Of a stretch of 64,000 nt of DNA, positions 40,573-50,336 are shown one piece after another. Made by a program: the position numbers and the translations under genes. The stretch lies in the NCBI GenBank assembly GCA_965203805.1, contig OZ241917.1, forward strand, positions 3,872,001-3,936,000, written 5' to 3'. The DNA is from Candidatus Latescibacterota bacterium (GTDB lineage Bacteria; Latescibacterota; UBA2968; GCA-2709665). Position 1 is the first letter of the stretch. Each line of letters begins with the position of its first letter. The notes under the pieces are model-generated. The model was given only the letters and a program-made list of their open reading frames with translations. It searched no databases and had not been told where the DNA came from.

Positions 40573-41261
40573 GCGAAACCCCTCAGGTATCAATTGTTCT
40601 GCCGGTATATAACCAGGCTGGCCATGTCGAGCATGTGGTAAGGGCATATGACAATGCTTTGAGTCGTATTCAAATCCGATACGAGTTGATCCTGGTAGTC
40701 AACGGCGCCGCGGACGATTCTTTGGCGGTCTGTCAGAAGATTGAAGCTGGTTGTAGTGCCGTTAAAACGGTATTCAGCCAGCGGGTTGGTTGGGGTGAGG
40801 CCGTACGAACTGGTATCAAGGTTGGCAGTGGATCGCTGATGTGTTTCGCGAACTCTGCGCGTACGGGTCCGGAAGATCTCGTACTGATGATTCTGTATGC
40901 GATTGCCAACCCAGGTAGGGTTATTAAGGCGAACCGCAGAAAGCGTGGCTCGCTTATTCGCAGAATGGGTTCGTTGTTCTACAATCTTGAGTGTCGTTTC
41001 TTGTTTGATATGCCGTATTGGGATATCAATGGCACGCCAAAGGTCTTTCCGTGTGAATTTGACAAGTTGCTTGGCATGCAACGCCCCGATGATCTGCTGG
41101 ACCTGGAGTTCAACCTTATTTGTCGATCAGAGGGTTATCCCATGCTCGAGGTGCCGATTTTTTCCACTCGGCGGTTCGGTGGCCGGTCGACGACTACGTT
41201 TTGGTCTGCGGTACGATTGTATGTGGGCGCATACAAGATCTGGCGAAAAAGATGCAGGTGA
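40569..41261 (+). CDS. Glycosyltransferase family 2, DPM1/polyprenol-phosphate type
   Basis: SIVLPVYNQ, ILVVNGAADDS, GWGEAVRTG, DINGTPKVF, LDLE, EVPI..RFGGRS; DxD position appears degenerate (ANSA). Confidence 0.75.
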   Translation: MSETPQVSIVLPVYNQAGHVEHVVRAYDNALSRIQIRYELILVVNGAADDSLAVCQKIEAGCSAVKTVFSQRVGWGEAVRTGIKVGSGSLMCFANSARTGPEDLVLMILYAIANPGRVIKANRRKRGSLIRRMGSLFYNLECRFLFDMPYWDINGTPKVFPCEFDKLLGMQRPDDLLDLEFNLICRSEGYPMLEVPIFSTRRFGGRSTTTFWSAVRLYVGAYKIWRKRCR

Positions 41262-42454
41262 AGAATACAGAGACAGGCGATCGTGAGCCGACGCCTTTGG
41301 AGGCATCGTGGACGACACACTCCGAAAAGTGGCGTGACCCATCTCAAATAATCAGTCACTGGCGCGCACCCGATCGAATGAATCCAGTGCTGTTCAAATA
41401 CAAAGTAGAAGGCAAATGGTGGGACCTGCTGGACCAGGAAGGGATTACTCTACTGGTGAGTCGTGAGTATGAGCACCTGTTGATGGCAATGTGTGCGGAC
41501 GGCAAGGGTCCCCAGGTCTCGTATATGCCTCTTCCCCATCCATCCGGTTTGACTACAAACAGGGCTACGGGATCCGTATACGTTGCCAGTACCCGCAACC
41601 CCAATCAGGTTTACAACCTGGTGCCAGCGAAGGGAATCGTGCCACGGTCAGACCGCAAATGCGAGACGGCTGAAGGCGGGTTACTCTTTCCCAAGATTTC
41701 ACGATTTTACCCTGGATGCCTGTATATACATGATCTGGCTTTAATGGGCAATGTCCTGTATGCGAACGCAGTAGGTCAGAACGCGGTCGTACGTCTCAAT
41801 CCTGACGGATCATATGAACATGCCTGGTGGCCGAAATGTTTAGAGACGCCCGTTGGACGAGCATTCGATCAAAACTATCTGCAGTTGAATTCAATTGCGT
41901 CTGGCGGAAGCCTGGAGACGTCGTTTTTTACTGCGTCAACGGATAAGATCTCGGCTCGGCGCCCCGGTCATAGGAACTTCCCGGTAGACGGGCGAGGGGT
42001 CCTCTTTTCGGGCGCAACCAGAGAACCCTTTGTACGTGGCCTTACGCGACCTCATTCAGCCCGGATACTTGACGGATCAATCTGGTTGGGCAACAGCGGA
42101 TATGGTGAGGTCGGCTTCGTTGACGGCGACCTGTTTATGCCGATCGTGCGGCTTCCGGGATGGACAAGAGGGCTCTGTTTCTGTGGTCGGATCGCATTTG
42201 TCGGCGTATCTCGGGTGATACCGCAATATCGTCAGTATGCCCCGGGGTTGGATTCGACGAAAAGTCTGTGTGGATTGCGAGCCATCGATACGAAAACTGG
42301 CGAGGTCTTAGGCGGTTTGACTTGGCCCTCTGGTAATCAGGTTTTCTCGATTGATTGGGTACCTCGCAGTGTTTCAAGAGGATTTGTACTTTCAACGAAT
42401 GGAAGACGTGCAAGAGCCCGGGAAGAGTTGCTCTACTATAGATTCAAAATCTGA
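41252..42454 (+). CDS. TIGR03032 / DUF4915 family protein
   Basis: LYIHDLA, NAVGQN, LQLNSIA, GLTRPHSAR..LGNSGYGE, LPGWTRGL..VGVSR. Confidence 0.8.
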   Translation: MQVKNTETGDREPTPLEASWTTHSEKWRDPSQIISHWRAPDRMNPVLFKYKVEGKWWDLLDQEGITLLVSREYEHLLMAMCADGKGPQVSYMPLPHPSGLTTNRATGSVYVASTRNPNQVYNLVPAKGIVPRSDRKCETAEGGLLFPKISRFYPGCLYIHDLALMGNVLYANAVGQNAVVRLNPDGSYEHAWWPKCLETPVGRAFDQNYLQLNSIASGGSLETSFFTASTDKISARRPGHRNFPVDGRGVLFSGATREPFVRGLTRPHSARILDGSIWLGNSGYGEVGFVDGDLFMPIVRLPGWTRGLCFCGRIAFVGVSRVIPQYRQYAPGLDSTKSLCGLRAIDTKTGEVLGGLTWPSGNQVFSIDWVPRSVSRGFVLSTNGRRARAREELLYYRFKI

Positions 42455-42667
42455 TTCCATTGTGTGAATCTTCAGTCACAACGTGACAGTTTAGAACTGC
42501 CTGGTCCGGGTCCCTGTTTGCTTGTCTCAGAGTGGTTGATGGCGTTGGAGCTGGTGAACGGACCGCATATCTAACGAAGAGGCAGGATGAGGATCAATTC
42601 GATCCATGTTCGGCAGCTTCGAAGCCCAGGAGCGGAACATCGGTGACTTTCAGTTTCGACTAATGCC

Positions 42668-43612
42668 ATGAATGATCCAGCGATCAAATGTAAGTTTCAA
42701 CTGTTGATGATCAGTGCGATGTACGAGAATGGCGGCAATATGACTCACCGGTTTCTCGATGGACATCCACAGATGTCTGTCTATCCGTTTGAGTCACAAC
42801 TCGGCACGCGCCATGTGACAGACCATCTCACTTCGTTGTTTCCGGTCAAATATCGTTGGCCTGCATTTGATATGAACGCTACCGTGGCCGAAGATTACGA
42901 GGCGATCATCGACGAAGAGTGCCGGGTCCGAACGCGCACTCCACGGGTGAGCAAATTCCGTCATTTGTGCTTTGATTTTTCCGACGAGGAGCGGCTTGAA
43001 TGCTATCGTGCCATTGTCGAGTCCGCCGGCAGATCCCGCGCAAAAAACGTATCGGCCTTTTTTAGCGCTACTTTCACGTCCTGGAAGAACATGGCACGCA
43101 CCGGAGAGGAAGTCATTAGTGTAGGGTACAGCCCAGTGGTAGTTGTCGATACACCCCGCATCCTATGCGATTTTTTCGAAGCACATGTCCTGCACGTTGT
43201 CCGCAATCCGTGGTCCGCTTATTCGGATACAAAGAAGCGTCCCGTCCCGCTATCTCTTGAACACTACATGCTGGGCTGGACCGTGAACCAATATTACGCC
43301 ACGATGTATTATGAAATGTACCCCGGGCGAGTTCATATCGTGAGAGCGGAAGACATAATGGCTGATTCGCTTGCAGCTTTGAAACCGATATGTGAAAAGC
43401 TTGGATTGGAACCTTCAAAGTCTATAAAGACCGCGACCTGGAACGGTATCGAACTCCAGGAGATTTATCCGTGGGGTACGATCCGAGACGCGACGCCCGA
43501 TGCGAATAGCAGAACGGCATTAGAACTCTCCATATCTGAACGAGAAGCCATACGTCGCGCCGCTGGTGGGTACCTGGAGGAATTCGACTACAAGGATTTC
43601 GTAAGACCATGA
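42668..43612 (+). CDS. Sulfotransferase-like protein
   Basis: HRFLDGHPQMSVYPFE, HVVRNPWSAYS, IVRAEDI; canonical RSGTT loop replaced by ENGGN. Confidence 0.7.
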   Translation: MNDPAIKCKFQLLMISAMYENGGNMTHRFLDGHPQMSVYPFESQLGTRHVTDHLTSLFPVKYRWPAFDMNATVAEDYEAIIDEECRVRTRTPRVSKFRHLCFDFSDEERLECYRAIVESAGRSRAKNVSAFFSATFTSWKNMARTGEEVISVGYSPVVVVDTPRILCDFFEAHVLHVVRNPWSAYSDTKKRPVPLSLEHYMLGWTVNQYYATMYYEMYPGRVHIVRAEDIMADSLAALKPICEKLGLEPSKSIKTATWNGIELQEIYPWGTIRDATPDANSRTALELSISEREAIRRAAGGYLEEFDYKDFVRP

Positions 43613-44553
43613 AGCGTGTCTTGCTGACAGGTGGAACGGGTTTTGTGGGGGCCAATCTCGCGCGTCGATTGTTGTTGGACGGGCACGACGTGCACCTGCT
43701 CGTGCGACCCGGATATTGTGATTGGAGAGTTGAAGAAATACGTGATTGTGTTCGGTTTCACATTGTTGACCTCGGATCGGAAGAGGGTGTACTTGAAACC
43801 GTAAACGAGGTCCGCCCCGATTGGGTGTTTCATCTCGCGGTGTATGGTGCATATTCCGATCAAATCGACATTGGTACGATGGTACGAACCAACGTTGACG
43901 GCACGATCCATCTCGTTAGCGCATGCGAGAGCGTCGGAATTGACGCCTTTGTGAATACAGGTTCCTCATCCGAATACGGATATAAGGACCACGCACCGTG
44001 CGAGCGCGAATGGTTGGAGCCAAACAGTAATTATGCCGTGACCAAAGCATTTGCAACGCAATACTGCAGATGTGCGGCGCAAGAAAAGAGTTTGAACCTG
44101 CGTACATTGCGGCTGTATTCGGTCTATGGACCTTATGAGTCGCCGGGTAGACTTTTCCCTGCGGTAATCGACGCAGGGTTCAAGGGGCAGTTGCCTTCAC
44201 TCGCAGATGCAGATACATCCAGGGATTTTATATATGTGGAGGATGTAGTTGACGCATTCATCCTGGCTGCCTCCTGTCCCAAGGGAGACCCAGGTGAGGT
44301 GTATAATGTAGGAACTGGAATTCAGACAACATTGCGTGACGTTGCGGAACTTGCCCGGCGTTACTTCGGAATTTCAACGGAACCGCTATGGGGTACGATG
44401 CCGAAGCGCGCCTGGGATACGGACGTATGGGTGGCCGATAGTCATAAATTACGGGATAACTTGGGATGGCGTCCACGATTTACCGTCGAACTAGGATTTC
44501 ATAAAATGGTTGAGTGGTCGCGTATCCGGAAACATCCGCTACTTTCTGCATAA
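43609..44553 (+). CDS. NAD-dependent epimerase/dehydratase (extended SDR)
   Basis: TGGTGFVG, FHLA, GSSSEYG, YAVTK, SVYGP, RDFIYVEDV. Confidence 0.93.
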   Translation: MKRVLLTGGTGFVGANLARRLLLDGHDVHLLVRPGYCDWRVEEIRDCVRFHIVDLGSEEGVLETVNEVRPDWVFHLAVYGAYSDQIDIGTMVRTNVDGTIHLVSACESVGIDAFVNTGSSSEYGYKDHAPCEREWLEPNSNYAVTKAFATQYCRCAAQEKSLNLRTLRLYSVYGPYESPGRLFPAVIDAGFKGQLPSLADADTSRDFIYVEDVVDAFILAASCPKGDPGEVYNVGTGIQTTLRDVAELARRYFGISTEPLWGTMPKRAWDTDVWVADSHKLRDNLGWRPRFTVELGFHKMVEWSRIRKHPLLSA

Positions 44554-44629
44554 TACCTGTGCTATAGCTGAGGATCTGCGTAAGGTGGCGATCGAAAATG
44601 AAAATCAAGTCGCAGTCGACAAAGCCGGC

Positions 44630-45637
44630 ATGCAGACCATTCCATGTATTTTCTGTGGATTGGGAAGCGACGACATCGTAGTTAAAGAAGACGGCTACAC
44701 GGCCAGGAAATGTCCCGGTTGCGGACTGGTCTATCTTTCACCCAGGCCAATTGCTCAAGCAGTAATCGACCTGTACGGACGGGATCATGCACATGTCTCC
44801 GCAGCGTCCCATTTGGCGGCAGGTGCGCTAAAACGCCTTTACGCGAAACATCATCTGTCCATTTTGAATCGGTATGTCAGGGTAGGTGGGTTATTGGAAA
44901 TAGGCGCAGGAGCCGGTTTCTTCCTGGATGAAGCGCGTAAGAAGGGGTTCGATGTACACGGAATCGAGGTGAATCCCGCGCAAGCGAGTCATGTGCGGCA
45001 CACTTTGAAAATTCCATGCGAAGACAAACCGCTGGAGATATGTTCGTTTGGTGAAAAGAAATTCGACGTCATTTACCACTGTGACGTAATCAGCCATTTT
45101 CATGATCCTATAGAAGAATTCCGGAAAATAAACCGCAAATTGAACCACAACGGTTTGTTGATTTTTGAGACGGGGAATTTTGGAGACGTGGAAGAGAAGT
45201 ATTACTCCGCGTACACCAGATTTCAGTTTCCAGATCACCTTTTTCTGTTTGGCGAGAGCAATCTGCGAGATCTCCTTGGTAGGTCTGGTTTCCATGTCGA
45301 ACACATATATCGGTTCTCGATATTGGCACAGTTATCGGTAATGAAATATACGGCGGCTCTCCGCCGTGTCTTGCGAAGTACTCAGATTCCAATTGTCTGG
45401 ATTTTGAGTAGAATTGGTGGCATTCCCTTCGCCCAGGGACCATTCATTATGGGCCAGCGTATGCCTCGAATTGGGAGATTCAGGAGAATATTGAAACAGA
45501 TAAGTCGCTACAGTATATACCTCATTCGTTACAGGATTGGATCTATCTTGCCGAAGCGAGGTCGACCTCTGACACTGATTGTGACGGCACGGAAACGGCA
45601 CCCAGAGATCGCCACCGACAAGGTACAGACGCGATGA
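44630..45637 (+). CDS. Class I SAM-dependent methyltransferase with N-terminal Zn ribbon
   Basis: CIFC..CPGCGLVYLSPRP, LLEIGAGAG, VISHFHDP. Confidence 0.85.
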   Translation: MQTIPCIFCGLGSDDIVVKEDGYTARKCPGCGLVYLSPRPIAQAVIDLYGRDHAHVSAASHLAAGALKRLYAKHHLSILNRYVRVGGLLEIGAGAGFFLDEARKKGFDVHGIEVNPAQASHVRHTLKIPCEDKPLEICSFGEKKFDVIYHCDVISHFHDPIEEFRKINRKLNHNGLLIFETGNFGDVEEKYYSAYTRFQFPDHLFLFGESNLRDLLGRSGFHVEHIYRFSILAQLSVMKYTAALRRVLRSTQIPIVWILSRIGGIPFAQGPFIMGQRMPRIGRFRRILKQISRYSIYLIRYRIGSILPKRGRPLTLIVTARKRHPEIATDKVQTR

Positions 45638-46179
45638 ACAAAGACAGACACATTAGATTCCGAATTTACATCGGGATCGTTGCATTGTTCACAATCACGA
45701 TGGGCGTGGCACTGTATTACACATTGAAAAAGAACCGACCGTCGGATCAAGAATCGGGCCTTACAGTAGGTGCTCGCGCACCTGAGTTTGCTTTAAGAGA
45801 TTTACAAGGAAAGACGGTTCGCTTGACGGATCAGAAGGGTCAGGTCGTGTTGATTGACTTCTGGGCTACCTGGTGCCGGCCATGTAAGAAAGAATTGCCC
45901 CTTATTCAGCGGGCGTACGACCGATACAAAGAAAAGGGGCTTGTTGTGCTGACAATAAATACGGACCTCCAGCGAGAAGTCGTCCCGTACTATATGTCAG
46001 AAAATGGCTATACGTTTCCTGTCTTGTTTGCAGACGGCAAAATCCAGCTTGCTTATAATGTCCGCGGGATTCCAGCGCTCTTCATTATTGACGAAAACGG
46101 CAGCGTACGGTTTTATCGCCGTGGCTTTAACCCGGGCTTGCAAGAAGAGATCTCTCGGATGATGTCAAGGCTGTTGTAG
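45634..46179 (+). CDS. TlpA/ResA-family thiol-disulfide oxidoreductase
   Basis: N-terminal TM; APEFALRDLQG; DFWATWCRPC..ELP; GIP..IID. Confidence 0.93.
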   Translation: MNKDRHIRFRIYIGIVALFTITMGVALYYTLKKNRPSDQESGLTVGARAPEFALRDLQGKTVRLTDQKGQVVLIDFWATWCRPCKKELPLIQRAYDRYKEKGLVVLTINTDLQREVVPYYMSENGYTFPVLFADGKIQLAYNVRGIPALFIIDENGSVRFYRRGFNPGLQEEISRMMSRLL

Positions 46180-46261
46180 TCATCAACCGGGATTTTCTCG
46201 CAATGCTTTGTTGGTACGTGCGCGTGATGTGAGCGGGTCATTGTATGTGAAGGGTCGGCTC

Positions 46262-47686
46262 GTGAGTTTTGTATCGTTTGCCTTCCTTTTTTTATTTCTG
46301 GTTGTTCTATCCTGCAGATTGACTTTCGGCCGGACAAAGACAGAGACACCATATTTATTCGTGCTGACGTGCGCCAGTATCGTCTTCTACGCCTGGCATA
46401 TCCCAGAATATCTGCTTGTAATTGCTCTCAGTACAATTGTCGACTACTTTGCTGGTTTAAACATCGTCCGTTTCCCAAAGGGAGGTCGGTTCCGCAAGAT
46501 CGTGCTTTCGCTGTCGTTGATCGTGAATCTGGGGATCCTCGCCCTTTTTAAATACGGCAGTTTTGCGCTTGAGAACGTAACGTGGTTGAGTCAATGGTTG
46601 GGATTTCGTGGCACGATGCCGTCGCTGAATTTGATTCTACCGCTCGGCATTTCGTTCTACACATTTCAATCGATGAGCTATACAATCGACGTATATCGGG
46701 GCACTTTATCACCGATTCGCAGCTTTTGGGATTTTTTCCTCTATGTAAGCTTTTTCCCGCAGTTGGTGGCTGGACCTATCGTCAGAGCGAAAGACTTTCT
46801 TTACCAGATCCACAGAAAGCGTCGGATTAATGCACGCGTCTTTATGGAGGGTAGCTATCTAATTATCCGGGGATTCTTCCTGAAGATGGTTATTGCGGAT
46901 AATCTGGCGGGGTTTGTCGATCGATATTGGGCAATCGGCGCCACATCCAGTGCAAACCCAACCATTTCGTTAATCGTTACTGTGTTTTTCGCTTGTCAGG
47001 TTTTCTGTGATTTCGCTGGATACTCCAGCATTGCGCGTGGGTTGGCCTATTTGCTTGGGTTCCGTCTGCCAGTGAATTTCAATTATCCATTCATCGCCTT
47101 TACATTTCGAAATTTCTGGGCGCGATGGCATATCACACTGTCGCAATGGCTGCACAGTTATCTTTACATTCCTTTGGGTGGCAATCGCAAATCCAGAAGA
47201 CGCATGTATTTCAACCTAACGCTTGTGATGTTGCTAGGCGGGCTGTGGCACGGTGCCGGCTATACTTACATCCTTTGGGGTGGTATTCATGGTGTCGCCC
47301 TTGCAGTTGAGCGACTCATGGGGTTCGATGACCTTGACAGCAGGGAACACTCAGGAAAGCTGGAGAGATTCATCTGGTATCTTCATGTTCAAGGCGTGTT
47401 TCTCGTTAGCCTATTGATATTCAGATCTACCGATATTTCGGAGACCCTCGCAATAATGCAGAACATCCTTACGGGTCGTTTTGAAGTCGTTAACGATGCC
47501 GGTCTTGTAAAAGGGTTGTTTTTCGTCATACCGGTCGCATTGATCCACCTGCGAGCCTATCTGGCCGAGAACCTGAAGACTCGGTTCACGAAATTCGATT
47601 TGAGGCCGGCCTGGGCGGCTTCGATGCTCTACCTGACGCTGACCTGCTATGGCAAGAATGAACCGTTCATCTATTTTCAATTCTAA
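46262..47686 (+). CDS. MBOAT O-acyltransferase (AlgI/DltB-like)
   Basis: LPLGISFYTFQSMSYTIDVY, FFPQLVAGPIVRA, FWARWHITLS, GGLWHGA, FIYFQF end. Confidence 0.94.
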   Translation: MSFVSFAFLFLFLVVLSCRLTFGRTKTETPYLFVLTCASIVFYAWHIPEYLLVIALSTIVDYFAGLNIVRFPKGGRFRKIVLSLSLIVNLGILALFKYGSFALENVTWLSQWLGFRGTMPSLNLILPLGISFYTFQSMSYTIDVYRGTLSPIRSFWDFFLYVSFFPQLVAGPIVRAKDFLYQIHRKRRINARVFMEGSYLIIRGFFLKMVIADNLAGFVDRYWAIGATSSANPTISLIVTVFFACQVFCDFAGYSSIARGLAYLLGFRLPVNFNYPFIAFTFRNFWARWHITLSQWLHSYLYIPLGGNRKSRRRMYFNLTLVMLLGGLWHGAGYTYILWGGIHGVALAVERLMGFDDLDSREHSGKLERFIWYLHVQGVFLVSLLIFRSTDISETLAIMQNILTGRFEVVNDAGLVKGLFFVIPVALIHLRAYLAENLKTRFTKFDLRPAWAASMLYLTLTCYGKNEPFIYFQF

Positions 47687-47702
47687 TTGAGGGCCTACGA
47701 GG

Positions 47703-48809
47703 ATGCGTTTTGGTTCAACTCTACGAACAGCGATGTTTGTCTCTTGCTTTCTTGCCCTGACGGTGGTTGGAATGTTCGCATCAATTTCGTTTCCGTCGTT
47801 GAACCCATTCCCTCAACTTCAAGACATATTGACATCGCCTGAACAGCAGTGGTACCTGGCGTGGGAACGTGAAATCAATCACCGGGACCACTATGTGCTA
47901 TACTACGATATCGGGGTATCTATCGACCATGCGCGCCGGTCAGATGTATTGTTCCTTGGTAATTCACGAGCCCTGTTCGGCCTGCCGCATGACGTGATGG
48001 CTCCTTTTTTTCAAGATGTGGGATTGCGTTACTTTAACCTGGCATTCGGGCACGGTGAGACCAACGTTTTTCCAATGCGTATAATTCAAAATTTCGATTT
48101 AAGGCCGAAAATTGTGGTTGTAAATGCGGATAGGTTTTTCACAGGCATACCAAGTGAATTCGCAGAATTGGTCATGCCAACGTACGGAAGTCAGGACTCG
48201 CACCAGGCTTCACGAAATGACGATACGTTTCCCCAGCGCCGTCCACTCTGGGAGGAATTCAAGGCGAATTTGGAAGTAAAGACGAGGTTCTTCGTTCAAG
48301 ATCGCCTTCAGGCTATTTTTCCCTACCTCATACCCCGAGGGAGGAGGCTGTCCGAGAGCCCACTCTTGTATCGTTCCTCTGTTCATGGATCTTGGAGTGC
48401 GTTAAATTGGCCTTCTCGTGATCTACCTATCCGTAACGGGAACAAGAAAGGCGATATCTCTGCAAGCGAAATGGAATTCGCCAGGGCATTTCAGATGGAA
48501 ATGTACCGCCGAAACGCATTCCTTGTTCTCATGTTGGTACCGGCAAATCAGGTATCTGCGTTAAGAGCGAGGCAATTGGCGGATGTCTTAAATGTGCCAC
48601 TTATTGCTCCTGAGTTGGACGGTCTCACAACAAGCGACGGCTCACACCTCTCGCCTGACAGCGCAAGACGATTCGCGTCAGCATTCCTTGAAGAATTCGA
48701 AAATCTGCCGTGTTTTGGCACGCTCGTGGGTACGATCCCGCATCGGTACTCACGAACAGACGATGCTTCGTTTCGCCCCAATCTGACGGGGGAACTCTAC
48801 ACCCGGTGA
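47703..48809 (+). CDS. SGNH-like periplasmic partner of the MBOAT (AlgJ/DltD-like)
   Basis: LFLGNSR block, FNLA, DGSHL catalytic-like DxxH; adjacent to the MBOAT gene. Confidence 0.7.
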   Translation: MRFGSTLRTAMFVSCFLALTVVGMFASISFPSLNPFPQLQDILTSPEQQWYLAWEREINHRDHYVLYYDIGVSIDHARRSDVLFLGNSRALFGLPHDVMAPFFQDVGLRYFNLAFGHGETNVFPMRIIQNFDLRPKIVVVNADRFFTGIPSEFAELVMPTYGSQDSHQASRNDDTFPQRRPLWEEFKANLEVKTRFFVQDRLQAIFPYLIPRGRRLSESPLLYRSSVHGSWSALNWPSRDLPIRNGNKKGDISASEMEFARAFQMEMYRRNAFLVLMLVPANQVSALRARQLADVLNVPLIAPELDGLTTSDGSHLSPDSARRFASAFLEEFENLPCFGTLVGTIPHRYSRTDDASFRPNLTGELYTR

Positions 48810-48868
48810 TACAGAGTGCCTTCATAGAATTCAAAAAAACGCCGATCAAGATAGGATTTCAGTGAGGA

Positions 48869-49816
48869 TTGAGAACAGTGAGAAAGGTAGTGATTCCGAT
48901 CGCCGGTCTTGGCACCCGGCTTTTTCCTACGACAAGGGCATTGCCAAAAGAGATGTTACCCTTGGGCAAATTTCCGGCGATACAGCTCGTCGTTGAGGAA
49001 ATGGTGGCGGCTGAACTGGATAAATTCCTCTTTATTACATCCCGTCGCAAGACAATCATAGAAAACCAGTTCGACAACAGCCTGGATATCGATAATCTTG
49101 CGAATCAAAATGGGCAGTTGCAGAATTCGGTAAATCTCGACTATAGTAAGCGCGGCATAGAATTCTTCTATGCTCGCCAGCAAAAGCATCCAGGCGCGTC
49201 AAAACCAGCGGGTACGGGTGCCGCCATTGCCTCCGCCGAGAGCTTCGTAGACGACGAACATTTCGTGGTCGCCTATGGCGACACTGTCATTGGATCGACG
49301 TTGCGACCGAACTTCGTCCAGCGAATGATCGAAGCGCACGTCAAGTACAATGCGACGTGCACAGTGGGTGTGCGTTTCGTCCCTTCGACGCTGGTCAGCC
49401 GGTATGGCATCGTGCAGGCCGCTCTCGGAGAAGACATTGATGCCGACGGTTTCTTGCTTGAAGACGTCGTGGAGAAACCTGCCCCAGAGCTCGCGCCGAG
49501 TTCTATGGCCGTGAGCGCACGTTACGTCTTCGGCCCGGAGATTTTCAATGAAATAAGAAAGCTCCATCCTTCTTCCGCCGGCGAAATCGGAATTACGGAC
49601 GCTATCAAGGGCCTTATTCGTTCAGGACATGCGGTCAGGGCGGTAAGAATGAAGCAGGATGAGAAACGTTACGACATCGGAAATCACGAAAGTTATTTCA
49701 AGGCCTTCATCGATTTCGCTCGCGCCGATGCCGATTGTGGTGAGGCTATACAACGGTATATGGCGTCGTGTGTACGGGAATACGCAGCCGAAACTCTTGA
49801 GGGGTATGTAGTATAA
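48869..49816 (+). CDS. galU: UTP-glucose-1-phosphate uridylyltransferase (GalU-like)
   Basis: VIPIAGLGTRLFPTTRALPKEMLP, SRYGIV, VEKP, EIGITDAI, RYDIG. Confidence 0.85.
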   Translation: MRTVRKVVIPIAGLGTRLFPTTRALPKEMLPLGKFPAIQLVVEEMVAAELDKFLFITSRRKTIIENQFDNSLDIDNLANQNGQLQNSVNLDYSKRGIEFFYARQQKHPGASKPAGTGAAIASAESFVDDEHFVVAYGDTVIGSTLRPNFVQRMIEAHVKYNATCTVGVRFVPSTLVSRYGIVQAALGEDIDADGFLLEDVVEKPAPELAPSSMAVSARYVFGPEIFNEIRKLHPSSAGEIGITDAIKGLIRSGHAVRAVRMKQDEKRYDIGNHESYFKAFIDFARADADCGEAIQRYMASCVREYAAETLEGYVV

Positions 49817-50089
49817 GCCATCCCGCTTATCAGATCGATGGGCTGAACTCTGGCGGTCCGCAATCAACCGAAAATGCGTTTCAGGGACGGTTTGATTTCA
49901 TAGTTGGACACCGGACTCTATGGGAATCATAAGTTGTTCGACACATTTCATCGTTCAGAATTGATTCGCGTGGGTCAATTATGGACGTCCTGTAGCCCGT
50001 TAAATGGAGGAACACGATGGCGGAAGCGGCTTGGAAACAAAGACGACTCCTGGTAACGAGCCTCTTTCCCGACGAAAGAAATCCGCATC

Positions 50090-50335
50090 GCCTTCAGGCT
50101 CGACGTGCAGACAGAGCCGCTTGAAGACTTTACTGACAACTTGGTCTTCCGCACGTGGGACTACCAGAAGGAGGCGATATTCTGCCTCGACCACGATCTG
50201 AAGGAACAGACGATCGCCAAACTTGAAGGCGTGGAAAGCATCTTTGTGTGCATTGAGGAAGCCCTAAATATGGTGACGAAATGGAATCTCCGAGCAGGAT
50301 TTGGGGAAAGCTTTGTGGCTTTCGAGGCCAATTGA
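50090..50335 (+). pseudogene. C-terminal fragment resembling a type III restriction-modification Mod methyltransferase
   Basis: FRLDVQTE..FTDNLVFR..IFCLDHDL..TIAKL..FVCIEEAL..KWNL resembles the Mod C-terminal tail; no catalytic motifs present. Confidence 0.5.
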
Positions 50336-50336
50336 G

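Noticed and set aside
49880-49920. TAGTTGGACACC resembling an IS3-type terminal repeat
   Set aside because: No partner repeat or transposase remnant was recognised nearby.
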